Source of the DNA: Chiloscyllium plagiosum
Lineage: Eukaryota
Assembly: GCF_004010195.1 (NCBI RefSeq)
Contig: NC_057720.1
Location: 17,673,153 to 17,737,152, forward strand
Reading direction: 5' to 3'
Length of the DNA: 64,000 nucleotides
Positions 1 through 10,900 of the stretch are shown here, piece after piece. The notes beneath the pieces were generated by a model. It searched no databases. It was not told where the DNA came from and worked only from the letters and a program-made list of their open reading frames with translations. How positions within the stretch are numbered: position 1 is the stretch's first letter; the number at the start of each line of letters is the position of its first letter. A program made the position numbers and the translations under genes.

Positions 1-1314
1 AACCCCAAGGGGGGGAGAAAATCAAATCCCTCTCCCCACCCCCCATGATAATATTAAACAGTTAAGATAAGAAAAAAAAAGGGGGGGATATAAACCAAAG
101 CGGGGGGAAGGGCAAACCAATATCCATTATGTCTTACAGTCTAAGAGAGTCCAAGTATTCCTTAGCCTTTTCTGGTGATCCGAAGTTATATACGGATCCT
201 TCATGGTTAAAGCGTAGCGTCGCTGGGTAACGTAAGGAGTACTGAATATTGGGGGGGATATAAACCAAAGCGGGGGGAAGGGCAAACCAATATCCATTAT
301 GTCTTACAGTCTAAGAGAGTCCAAGTATTCCTTAGCCTTTTCTGGTGATCCGAAGTTATATACGGATCCTTCATGGTTAAAGCGTAGCGTCGCTGGGTAA
401 CGTAAGGAGTACTGAATATTTAAGTCCCTTAAACGCTTCTTCGCCTCGTCGAATGCCTTCTTCTTTCGGACCAGAGCTGGGGAAAAGTCCTGGAATAACA
501 TGATCTTGGATCCTTTATAGATCATAGCTTGGGGGTCTTTTCCAAGATTTCTAGAGGCTTCTAGGAGTATCTGCCTCTCCTTGTAGCTCTGCAGCCGGAA
601 CAGGACCGGGCGTGGGCGCTGGTTCTAGCCGGGCCCGCGTATTGCGACCCGGTAGGGCCATTATACCCTTACCTGGCCTGATCCAGCTTCCAGATTTAAA
701 AGCTGTGGCAGCCACTGCTCGAGAAACATTGTAAGCTGGCCTTCCTCTTCCCGTTCGGGAAGGCCCAGCAAACGAATATTTTTTCGACGACCTCGATTAT
801 CGAGGTCGTCAATGTGATTCTCTAAGGTCCGGACTCGCTGTTCGAGAGTCCGGACCTGATCCACGGCCGATTGAGCTGTAGTTTCGGAGGTTGGGGCCTT
901 TAACTCCGCCCCTCCGACTTGGCGCTCGATTTCTTGGATGTCTCGATCGTCCTTCTGCAGCGCGGCCGAGAGTGAGTCCCATCGACTTCGGGATTCTTCG
1001 ATGAAAGCGTCGATCTTCGCGTCCAGTTTGGAGATCATTTCTACAAGGCTTGTCACCGTAGGTAAGTCCCCCGGGGCGCCTCAGCTGCAGCTGGAGAGGG
1101 GTTCCTGCTTGTTGAGAGCTGCGGGCTCCCTTCCCTTTAGTCATTTTTACTAAAGATTAGATTGTTTAAATTTAATATTAAACAACTAATTAAATTAAAC
1201 AGCTATTATAAATGATTTGGTAAGTGTGGTGGGGGTGGGTGACCCACTTTACCCAAGTCTTGGGAGGAGCACTGTAGACTCAGACTTGCTGGGTCGCCGC
1301 CATCTTGGATCTCC
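1..1314 (-). mobile_element. L1-clade LINE 5' end: 5'UTR plus disrupted ORF1 (coiled-coil/RRM/CTD); continues off the left edge
   Basis: ORF pieces 809-1144, 661-1056 and 304-525 give LENHIDDLDNRGRRKNIRLLGLPEREE and FQDFS...RKKKAF...YSLRYPATL, typical of fish-type L1 ORF1p. Frameshift and stops present; CpG-rich; starts GGAGATCCAAGATGGCGG. Confidence 0.88.
81..420. repeat. Perfect 170-bp tandem duplication (81-250 = 251-420)
   Basis: Base-by-base identity of the two copies. Confidence 0.95.
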
Positions 1315-1705
1315 GCATTGTACTTTCAACCATGTTCTAGTTCAGCATTTTGCCATAGTCAGCCCTCATTAGTACATCATAACAAAAAGCAGAGTCTGTT
1401 CTTCCATTCAATGAGATCTGATAATACTCAACTCCACTTTCCTGTCTTTTTACTAGAAACCCTTGTTGCTCCCTTTTACTGACTTTAAAAACCTGTCTTT
1501 CACTGCCTAGAATATGCTTAACCACCCAGCCTCAACAGTTGTTTGTGCTGAAGATTTCTACAGATTCACAATCCTTGAAGAAGAAATTCCTCCACTGTTT
1601 TAAATATGTGACCCCTTATGCTGAAATTATGCCCTGTAGTCTGAGATTCTCCCTCAAGGGGTAACAACTTCTCCACATCCACCATCAAGTCCCTTAAGAA
1701 TTTGC

Positions 1706-1936
1706 TATGTTTCAAGTCAGAAAATGTGTTGCTGGAAAAGCGCAGCAGGTCAGGCAGCATCCAGGGAACAGGAGAATCGACATTTCGGGCATAAGCCCTT
1801 CTTCAGGAACGTCGAAACGTCGATTCTCCTGTTCCCTGGATGCTGCCTGACCTGCTGCGCTTTTCCAGCAACACATTTTCAGCTCTGATCTCCAGCATCT
1901 GCAGACCTCACTTTCTCCTCATATGTTTAAAGTCAG
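1706..1936. mobile_element. Foldback PLE-LTR-derived mini-element with hammerhead motif and 15-bp TSD
   Basis: 68-bp inverted arms (1720-1787 and 1813-1880); CTGAAGAAGGGCTTATGCCCGAAATGTC on -; flanks TATGTTTCAAGTCAG / TATGTTTAAAGTCAG. Confidence 0.85.
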
Positions 1937-1939
1937 TTG

Positions 1940-2580
1940 ACTCTCGTTCTTTTTAATTCTGGTGAGTACCAGAACAATGTATTCGATGTCTCGTCGTAAA
2001 ATCATTCCGTACCCAGGATCAGCCTTGTGAACCACTTCGAGGCTGCCCCCCAAAGCAAGTATATATCGCCTGAGATAAGGGGCCTGAAAACTTTCATAGT
2101 ATTTAAGATGCGCTGACTACTGGCTTGTACAGATTTAGTAAAACCTCCCTACTTTTATACCTCTCTAATCCCTTTCAAATAAAAGTTAACATTTCATTCT
2201 CCTTCCCTATCACCTGCTGAATATACATTAGCTTTTTCTTCTGTGCTGCTGCTTTTGCCATGACATAATAAGCCCTTCTTCCTGCTGAAGTGCATATCCT
2301 AACATTCTTCCACCTTATATTCCATCTGCCAAGTTTTTTGCCCATTCACATAATATGTCTACATCCCTCTGGTGAGGATGACATACCTTCCCATCTATTT
2401 TTGTATCATCTGTCAACTTGGCTTCAGTACTTTCATTTTCCTCTTCAAAGTCAGTAGTATTTGTAAATAATTGTAGCCCTGGTATTGATTCATATGGCAC
2501 ACCTCTAATTGGAGGTTGCCACCCTGAAAATGGCTCCCTTATCTCAACTCTCTTAGCCAATCTTCTATCCTTTCTAATAT
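1940..2580 (-). mobile_element. Old, degenerate CR1 LINE RT fragment (related 3' sequence at about 1340-1700)
   Basis: ORF 2315-2560 has GVP...GLQLF...KLTDDTKI. Confidence 0.65.
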
Positions 2581-2586
2581 TCGACT

Positions 2587-5090
2587 TAGAGTCATAGAGT
2601 TGTACAGCTCAGAAACCGACCCTTCGGTTGAACTCATCCATGTCGACCAGATATCCCAATCCAATCTAGTCCCACCTGCCAGCACTTGGCCCATATCCCT
2701 CCAAACCCTTCCTCTTCATATACCCATCCAGATGCCTTTTAAAATGTTGCTATTGTAGTAGCCTACACCACTTCCTCTAGCACCTTATTCCATACACTCT
2801 GTGTGAAAACGTTGCCCCTTAGGTCTCTTTATATCTTTCCCCTCTCACCCTAAACCTATGCCCTCTAGTTCTGGACTCCTCCACCCCAGGGAAAAGACTT
2901 TATCCTATCCATGCCCCTCATGATATTACAAACCTATATAAGGTCACCTCTCAGCCTGACGCTCCAGGAAAAAAAGCCCTAGCCTACTGAACCTCTCCCT
3001 ATAGCCCAAAGCTTTCAACTCTGGCAACATCCTTGTAAATCTTTTCTGAAACCCTCCAAGTTTCACAACATCCTTCCAATAGGAAGGAGACCAGAATTGC
3101 ACGCAATATTCCAACAGTGGCCTAACCAATGTCCTGTACTCAATGCTCTGACCAGTAAAGGAAAGCACACCAAATGCCGCCTTCACTATCCTACTTACCT
3201 GTGACTCTACTTTCAAGGAGCTATGAATCTGCACTCCAAGGTCTCTTTGTTCAGCAAAACTCCCCACGGCCTTACCATTAAGTGTATAAGTCTTGCGAAG
3301 ATTTGCTTTCCCAAAATGCAGCACCTCACGTTTATCTAAATTAAACTCCATCTGCCACTTCTCAGCACATTCGTCCATCTGATCAAGATCCCATTGTAAT
3401 CTAAGGTAAACTTCGCTGTCTACTACATCTCCAAGTTTCATCTGCAAACTTACTAACCAAACATCTTATGCTCATATCCAAATTATTTACATAAATGATG
3501 AAAAGTATTGGAGCCAGCACCAATCCTTGTTGCACTCCACTGGTCACAGGCCTCCAGTCTGAAAAATAACCCTCCACCACAACCGTCTATCTTCTACCTT
3601 TGAGCCAGTTCTGTATCCAAAAGGCGAGTTCTCCCTGTATTCCATGAGATTTAACCTTGCTAACCAGTCTTCCATGAGGAATCTTGTCGAATGCCTTACT
3701 GAAGTCAATAGAGATCACATCTACTGCTCTGCCCTCATCAATCTTCTTTGTTACTACTTCAAAAAAATCAAGTTTGTAAGATCTGATTTCCCATGCACAA
3801 AGCCATATTGACTATCCCTAATCAGTCCTTGCCTTTCCAAATACATGTATATCCTGTCCCTCAGGATTCCCTCCAACAACTTGCCCACTACAAACATCAG
3901 GCTCACTGGTCTATCATTCCCTGGCTTGTCCTTACCACCTTTCTTAAACAGTGGCACCACGTTAACCAACCTCCAGTCTTCTGGCACCTCACCTGTGACT
4001 ATCGATGATACAAATATCTCAATAAGAGGCCCAGCAATCACTTTCCTACCTTCCCACAGGGTTCTAGGGTACACCTGATCAGATTCTGGGGATTTATCCA
4101 TTTTTATGCATTTCAAGACATCCAGCACCACCACCTCTGTAATATAGACATTTTTCAATATGTCAGCATCTATTTCCCTACATTCTATACCTTCCATATC
4201 CTTTTTCACAGTAAATACTGATGCAAAATACTCATTTAATATTTCCCCCATCTGCTGTGGCTCCACACAAAGGCTGCCTTGCTGATCTTTGAGGGGCCCT
4301 ATTCTCTCCCTAGTTACCCTTTTATCCTTAATGTATTTGTAAAAGTCCTTTGGATTCTCCTTAACTCTTTGTCATTGCTATCTCATGTCCCCTTTTTGCC
4401 CTCCTGATTTCCCTCTTAAGTATACTTCTACTGCCTTTGTACTCTTCTAAGGATTCACTCGATCTATCCTGTTTATACGTGACATATGCTTCCTTTTTTT
4501 TCTTAACTAAAACCTCAATTTCTTTAGTCACCCAACATTCCCTACACCTACCAGCTTTTCCTTTCACCCTGACAGGAATATACTTTCTCTGGACTCTCGT
4601 TATCTCATTTCTTAAGGCTTCATATTTTCGAGCCATCCCTTTACATGCGAACATCTGTGCCCAATCAGCTTTTAAAGGTTCTTGCCTAATACCATCAAAA
4701 TTGGCCTTTCTCCTATTTAAACTTCAACTTTTAGATCTGGTCTGTCCTTTTCCATCACTATTTTAAAACTAATAGACTTATGGTCGCTGGCCCCATAGTG
4801 CTCCCCCACTGATGCCTCAGTCACCTGCCCTGCTTTATTTCCCAAGAGTAGGTCAAGGTTTGCACGTTCTCTAGTAGGAACATCCACGTACTGAATCAGA
4901 AAATTTTCTTGTAACACTTAACAAATTCTTCTCCATCTAAACCCTTAACACAATGGCAATCCCAATCTATGTTTGAAAAGTTAAAATCCCCTACCATAAC
5001 CACCCTATTATTCTTATAGATAACAGATCTCCTTACAAATTTGTTTCTCAATTTCCCTCTGACTAGTAGGGGGTCTATAATACACTCTAA
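2587..5090 (-). mobile_element. CR1/HER1-type LINE, 5'-truncated ORF2 (endonuclease C-terminus plus RT) with (CTATGACT)n tail
   Basis: [32 protein letters not shown] and [10 protein letters not shown] motifs; many stops and frameshifts. Confidence 0.93.
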
Positions 5091-5125
5091 CATGTGCTCT
5101 ATTCTTCAGCAGCCTATCTGCCATA

Positions 5126-6368
5126 GTGTGAAATTATTTCTCACGAACTTGATTGAGTTTTTTGAAGAGGTAGCAAAGAGGATTGATGAGGGCAGGGCAG
5201 TAGACATGATCTATATGGACTTCAGTAAGGCATTTGACTGGTTAGCAAGGTTAGATCTCGTGGAATACAGGGAGAACTGGCCATTTGGATACAGAACTGG
5301 CTCGAAGATAGAAGACAGAGTGGGATGGTGGAGGGTTGTTTTTCAGAATGGAGGCCTGTGACTAGTGGAGTGCCACAAGGATCGGCGCTGGCACCTTTCG
5401 TCATTTATATAAATGATTTGGATGTGAACGTAAGAGGTATAGTTAGTAAATGTGCAGATGACACCAAAATTGGAGGTGTAATGGACAGCAAAGAGGATTA
5501 CCTCAGAATACAATGGGATCTTGATCAGATGGGCCAATGGGCTGAGGAGTGGCAGATGGAGTTTAATTCAGATTATTGCGAGGTGCTGCATTTTGGAAAA
5601 GCAAATCAGAGCAGGACTTACACACTTAATGACAAGGTCCTGGGGAACAAAGTGACCTTGGAGTGCGGTTCATAGTTCCTTAAAAGTAGAGTCACAGGTA
5701 GATAGGATAGTGAAGAAGGCATTTGGTATGCTTTCCTTTATTGGTCAGAGCATGGAGTATAGGAGTTGGGAGGTTATGTTGCGGCTGTACAGGACATTGG
5801 TAAGGCCACTGTTGGAATACTGTGTGCAATTCTTGTCTCCTTCCTATCAGAAGGATGTTGCGAAACTTGAAAGACTTCAGAAAAAAATTTCAAGGATGTT
5901 GCCAGGGTTGGAGAATTTGAGCAAAACAGAGAGGCTGAATAGATTGGGGCTGTTTTCCCTGGAGCGTTGGAGGCTGAGGTTTCTAGAGGTTATAGAGGTT
6001 TACAAAACCATGAGGGGCATGGATAGGATAAATAGATAAGGTATTTTCTCTGGGATGTGGGAGTCCAGAACTAGAGGCTATAAGTTTAGGGTGAGAGGGG
6101 AAAGATATAAAAGGGACCTTAGGAACAACATTTTCATGCAGAGGGTGGTGCGCACATGGATTGAGCTGCCAGGGGAAGTGGTGGAGGCTGGTAAATTTAC
6201 AGCATTTAAAAATCATCTGGATTGGTATATGAATAGGAAGGGTTTAGAGGAACAAGGGCAAAATGCTGGCAAATGGGATGAGATTAGGTTAGGCTATCTG
6301 GTCGACATGGATGAGTTGGACCGAAGAGTCTGTTTTTTGCTGTACATCTCTATGATTCTATGACTCTA
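5126..6368 (+). mobile_element. CR1/HER1-type LINE 3' part, back-to-back with the previous copy
   Basis: [22 protein letters not shown]; tail ctctatgattctatgactcta. Confidence 0.93.
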
Positions 6369-7211
6369 CGTGGTAGCTGATCACCTTCTGAAAATCCAAA
6401 TATTTACATTCTGCTTCCCCTTTATCTCTCGAAATAATTATTACAGGTATGATTTCCCATTCATAAAGCCATTGCTGACTGTGCTTGATTATATGTATTT
6501 CTAAATGGTCTATTGCACTAATGGGCTGTTGCATATTCCCATTGAAAAGCATTAAGCTAACTGGCCTAAAGTTAACATTCTTTTTGGTCTCCCACCTTAA
6601 AATAAAAGTGTCATTTTGGCAAAAAAAAATCCCAAAAAAACTGCAGGTGCTGGAAATCAGAAAGAAAATTCTCCCTTCAGAAGGGTCACATGACCCAAAA
6701 CATTAACTCTGCTTTTTTCCACAGATGCTGCCAGATCTGTTTTTCTTTTTTTCCAACAGTTTGCATGTTTATTGGCAGTTTTCCAATCTTATGGAACTTT
6801 TCCGCAATCAAATGATTCTTGGACGATTACAAGTGTATCCACTATCCCTGTCAGCCTCATTTATTTCCTTAGTACTTTTTCTCTAGTGATTGCTTTATTT
6901 CTTCTCCTTTTACCTCACTTGATTATTTAGTAATATTGGACGATAATTTGAAGATAATTTGGTTCAATCCCTACTCTTCCTGAGAAATATTTCTGCAGAT
7001 AAATTAACGAGTCTTTACATCAGGAACTGGGGCTGTGGTCAACAAGCCAATGCTTGTGTACATATGAGCCTTACCCCATTGCTCTAATCCACTATGTTCT
7101 CGTCACAGTGTCAGCTTCTCAGCATCAACTCCCACCCACGGTACAAACAATCCTTTTGGTTCTTCATTCCTACTTGATGCTTTCTTTTCCATTATAAAGT
7201 TATTCGTGATC

Positions 7212-7342
7212 AAGTATAAATTCTGTGTCTGGCAATCTTATACTCCACAACCACCTGATGAAGGAGCGGTGCTCCGAAAGCTAGTGCTTCCAATTAAACC
7301 TGTTGGACTATAACCGGGTGTTGTGTGATTTTTAACTAAGTA
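7212..7342 (+). mobile_element. PLE-LTR fragment with minimal hammerhead motif (7252-7286)
   Basis: CAC-CTGATGA-A-GGAGC-GGT-GCTCC-GAAA-GCTA-GTG; flanked by AAGTA on both sides. Confidence 0.8.
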
Positions 7343-7479
7343 CCTGCGCGACAGTGGTCGTGCCTTGTCTAAGCATTTCTATATTGAAGTTTCCTTTATC
7401 GCTTATTGTTTCGTCCCCCAGCTGGTATGCCATTATTCATTTTGTGGAAATTTCACCGGCATTTTGATTTTGTTTGTGG

Positions 7480-7960
7480 AGGATAAAACGGTGCCGCATT
7501 GAGCGCTCAGACGGTGATCGCCTCATCTTCGGCGGAGTTGTGTTTTTTTTCGCGATGATCGTTATCAGCGAGGCAGAGGTTATGGTCTCTGAAACAAAAA
7601 GATGGCAAGAATGAACGGTCTGCGTGTTACAGTTCTAATAAAGACTTTTAATCACCGACAAATCGTATTTTAGGCCCAGGGCTCGCTCCCGCCCGTTTTA
7701 CGACCGGTCCGTCTGACGTCACAGCCGAGGGGGTGTCATGGCGACGGGCGGCGCCATTATCGTCAGCAGCTCGCTTCAGGTGGGGGTGATGGTCCCTGTC
7801 AGCACCCAACACATCATCCAGCTTCGGCTGCTGCTATCTCCAGGGCAATTGGCTTCCCACAGCACGGCTAATGTAACGGGGCGAAGGGTGGGTTTTAAAC
7901 TCTGCGGTCACAGGAGGTGCCAGGCTCCACACGTGCTCCCCGCACTCAGGGACGATGATA
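7480..7960. promoter_or_regulatory. CpG-rich promoter of SPO16 with E2F6/GC-box (7687-7693), CRE (7714-7721), MYB site (7874-7879) and E-box (7930-7935)
   Basis: Local CpG enrichment against a CpG-depleted background; motifs TCCCGCC, TGACGTCA, TAACGG and CACGTG read directly around the ATG. Confidence 0.7.
7738..7779 (+). CDS. SPO16: SPO16 coding exon 1 ([14 protein letters not shown])
   Basis: Strong Kozak gtcATGG; in-frame upstream TGA at 7714; donor CAG|GTGGGG; phase 0. Confidence 0.85.
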
Positions 7961-10900
7961 GGTGCTGAGGCCTCACTTCACTTACAGCACTGGGGTACAC
8001 ATGGGACGGTACAATCACCCACCAATAATAAACAAGTCAGCGACATTAAACTGTGTTGCGAGTCTGCTTATCAACCGTCAACTCTGATGAAGAGTTATCT
8101 AGATTCGAAACGTTAGGTTGCTCTCTCTCCACGGATGCTATCTGAACCACTGTGATCTGCAGCATTTGTTATCTTCAGTACAGATTCCAACATCTGCAGT
8201 GATTTGTTCAAACATCTACTGGATATGTAGGATTGAAAATCTTTCTGTATGGATGATTTGGAGATGCCGGTGTTGGACTGAGATGTACAGAGTTAAAATA
8301 TCACAAAACACCATGTTATAGTCGAACAGGTTTAATTGGAAGCACTAACTTTTGGAGCGCTGCTCCTTCATCAGGTGGTTATGGAGAATAAAATTGTAAG
8401 ACACAGAATTTATAGCAAAAAATTTGCGAGAAATTCTGTGTCTAACAATCTTATACTCCACAACCACCTGACGAAGGAGCAGCGCTCCGAAAGCTAGTAC
8501 TTCCAATTAAACCTGTTGGACTATAACGTGGTGTTGTGTGATTTTTAACTTTCTCTATGGAAACCTCTAAAAATTTTAAAGGATGTTTTGTATTGTTGGC
8601 TAAGTGTTTACAGTATGTTATTTCAGCAATGCATTTTGTTTTGATGGTTACCATCTAAAGGTCTGAGGACCTTGTGCAACCTATCTGTCTTAATGTACTA
8701 CCATGTTTGCATTGTTCAGTCTGTCACATCAGTTACTGTGCTACTCTGAATTTAAAGAAAGAAACCTCTTAAGAATTAGACCACTTCATTAAACCTGATT
8801 TGTTTTAGATTTATTTATAAATAAAATAAAGCAACGGGCCCTGATAATGTAAGTGTAAGGCATTTGATAAGGTTCCCATGGTAGGCTCATTCAGAAGGTC
8901 AGGAGGAATGGGATACAGGGGAACTTAGCTGTCTGGATACAGAATTGGCTGGCCAACAGAAGACAGCGAGTGGTAGTAGAAGGAAAATATTCTGCCTGGA
9001 AGTCAGTGGTGAGCGGTGTTCCACAGGGATCTGTCCTTGGGACTCTACTGTTTGTAATTTTTACTAATGACTTGGATGAGGGGATTGAAGGATGGGTCAG
9101 CAAGTTTGCAGACGACACAAAGGTTGGAGGTGTCATTGACAGTATAGAGGGCTGTTGTAGGCTGCAGCGGGACATTGACAGGATGCAGAGATGGGCTGAG
9201 ANNNNNNNNNNNNNNNNNNNNNNNNNNNNNNNNNNNNNNNNNNNNNNNNNNNNNNNNNNNNNNNNNNNNNNNNNNNNNNNNNNNNNNNNNNNNNNNNNNN
9301 NNNNNNNNNNNNNNNNNNNNNNNNNNNNNNNNNNNNNNNNNNNNNNNNNNNNNNNNNNNNNNNNNNNNNNNNNNNNNNNNNNNNNNNNNNNNNNNNNNNN
9401 NNNNNNNNNNNNNNNNNNNNNNNNNNNNNNNNNNNNNNNNNNNCAGGGCAGAAATGGCTAACACGAGGGGTCATAGTTTTAAGCTGGTTGGAGGAAAGTA
9501 TAGAGGGGATGTCAGAGACCGGTTCTTTACACAGAGAGTTGTGAGAGCATGGAATGGGTTGCCAGCAGCAGTTGTGGAAACAAGGTCATTGGGGACATTT
9601 AAGAGACTGCTGGACATGCATATGGTCACAGAAATTTGAGGGTACATACATGAGGATCAATGGTCGGCACAACATCGTGGGCTGAAGAGCCTGTTCTGTG
9701 CTGTACTATTCTATGTTCTATGTAAGTTTTAGTACTGAAAATTTGTACTCTAGAACTAAACATGCTCCTAGCCAAGCTGTTCAATTACAAGTACAAACTG
9801 CCCAGGTATCTCCTGTCAGCAGAAACCAGGTTAAATCAAATTCATTGAATTGCCACCTGGTCATCGGCCTGCTCTAAATCAAGAACAAAGTGACATAAGG
9901 TGTCAACAGTGACATTTTCAGCATTAAGTTTAGGTCTGTCAAGACCGCAACTCCATATTGTACTTGTGTAGCTCAAATAACACTTAAATTGGATGTAATC
10001 CAAAACAAGTCAAAGATAGTATTACAGCGGTGGAAAGGACGATGGATGAGGACTTGCCATCTGAGGTGGTAACAAGTAATCCATTCAATTGACACTGTTC
10101 ACCAATTAAAACATTCAATCCCTTAGTAGCACTTTACAGTGGCAGGCAGTGTGTACGACCTACAAGATGGACTGCTGCAAATTATAAAGGCTTCTTCAAT
10201 CACATGTCAAACACTTGTGACCTCGACTGCCTCAAGGGTCAAGGAAACAAGGACAGCAGATGCACGGGAATCCTGCCACTTGCAAAGTCTTCCGCCATAT
10301 CACACATTGTACCTGATAGGTCTTATGGCTGAAATCCAGTACCCTCCAGACCAAGCTTAAGGTGGATTTCAGATTTTCTTTGATTTTGGATTACCTGACA
10401 TTAGACTGGAGGAATGGACTCATGTTTTCTGCTATCTTAAAGGGTTCATATAAGTATCTTGCAGCATTTGATTTCGGCACATCAGGTATTTTTGGCAATC
10501 TTAATCACAGACTTTTATTTTGGTTCTTTGCATTAGCTAACCATATTTTTGTACAAATGTTTCAAATTACTTTGCATTAGTATGAGAGTGAACCTAAAAG
10601 GTGTTCATATTTACATTTGGAATAACCACATTTGATTGTTCCAAGGATCCTGATGGAAGGTGTATGACTGAAACATACTGCTCCTCAGATACTGCCTGAC
10701 CTGCTGTGCTTACCTTTTCGACTCTGACTCTCCAGCATCTCAGTCCTAGATTTCTCTTTGTTCCAAGAACCATTGGGTGAAGTATTTGATTTTCACTCAT
10801 TGATAAATGCAGTAATTTAGTTTTTGTTTTTTTTCTAGCATCATGAAGTGATTTCTTCATTGTCTAATCAGCAGCAACGAATTAGGTTCTCTGATGCTGT

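Noticed and set aside
7100..7192. Small minus-strand ORF MEKKASSRNEEPKGLFVPWVGVDAEKLTL
   Set aside because: It stops before the nearby donor-like site and has no recognisable homology.
7780..7968. Remainder of the 76-aa ORF starting at 7738
   Set aside because: Similarity to SPO16 stops at the donor after 7779; the rest is intron read-through.
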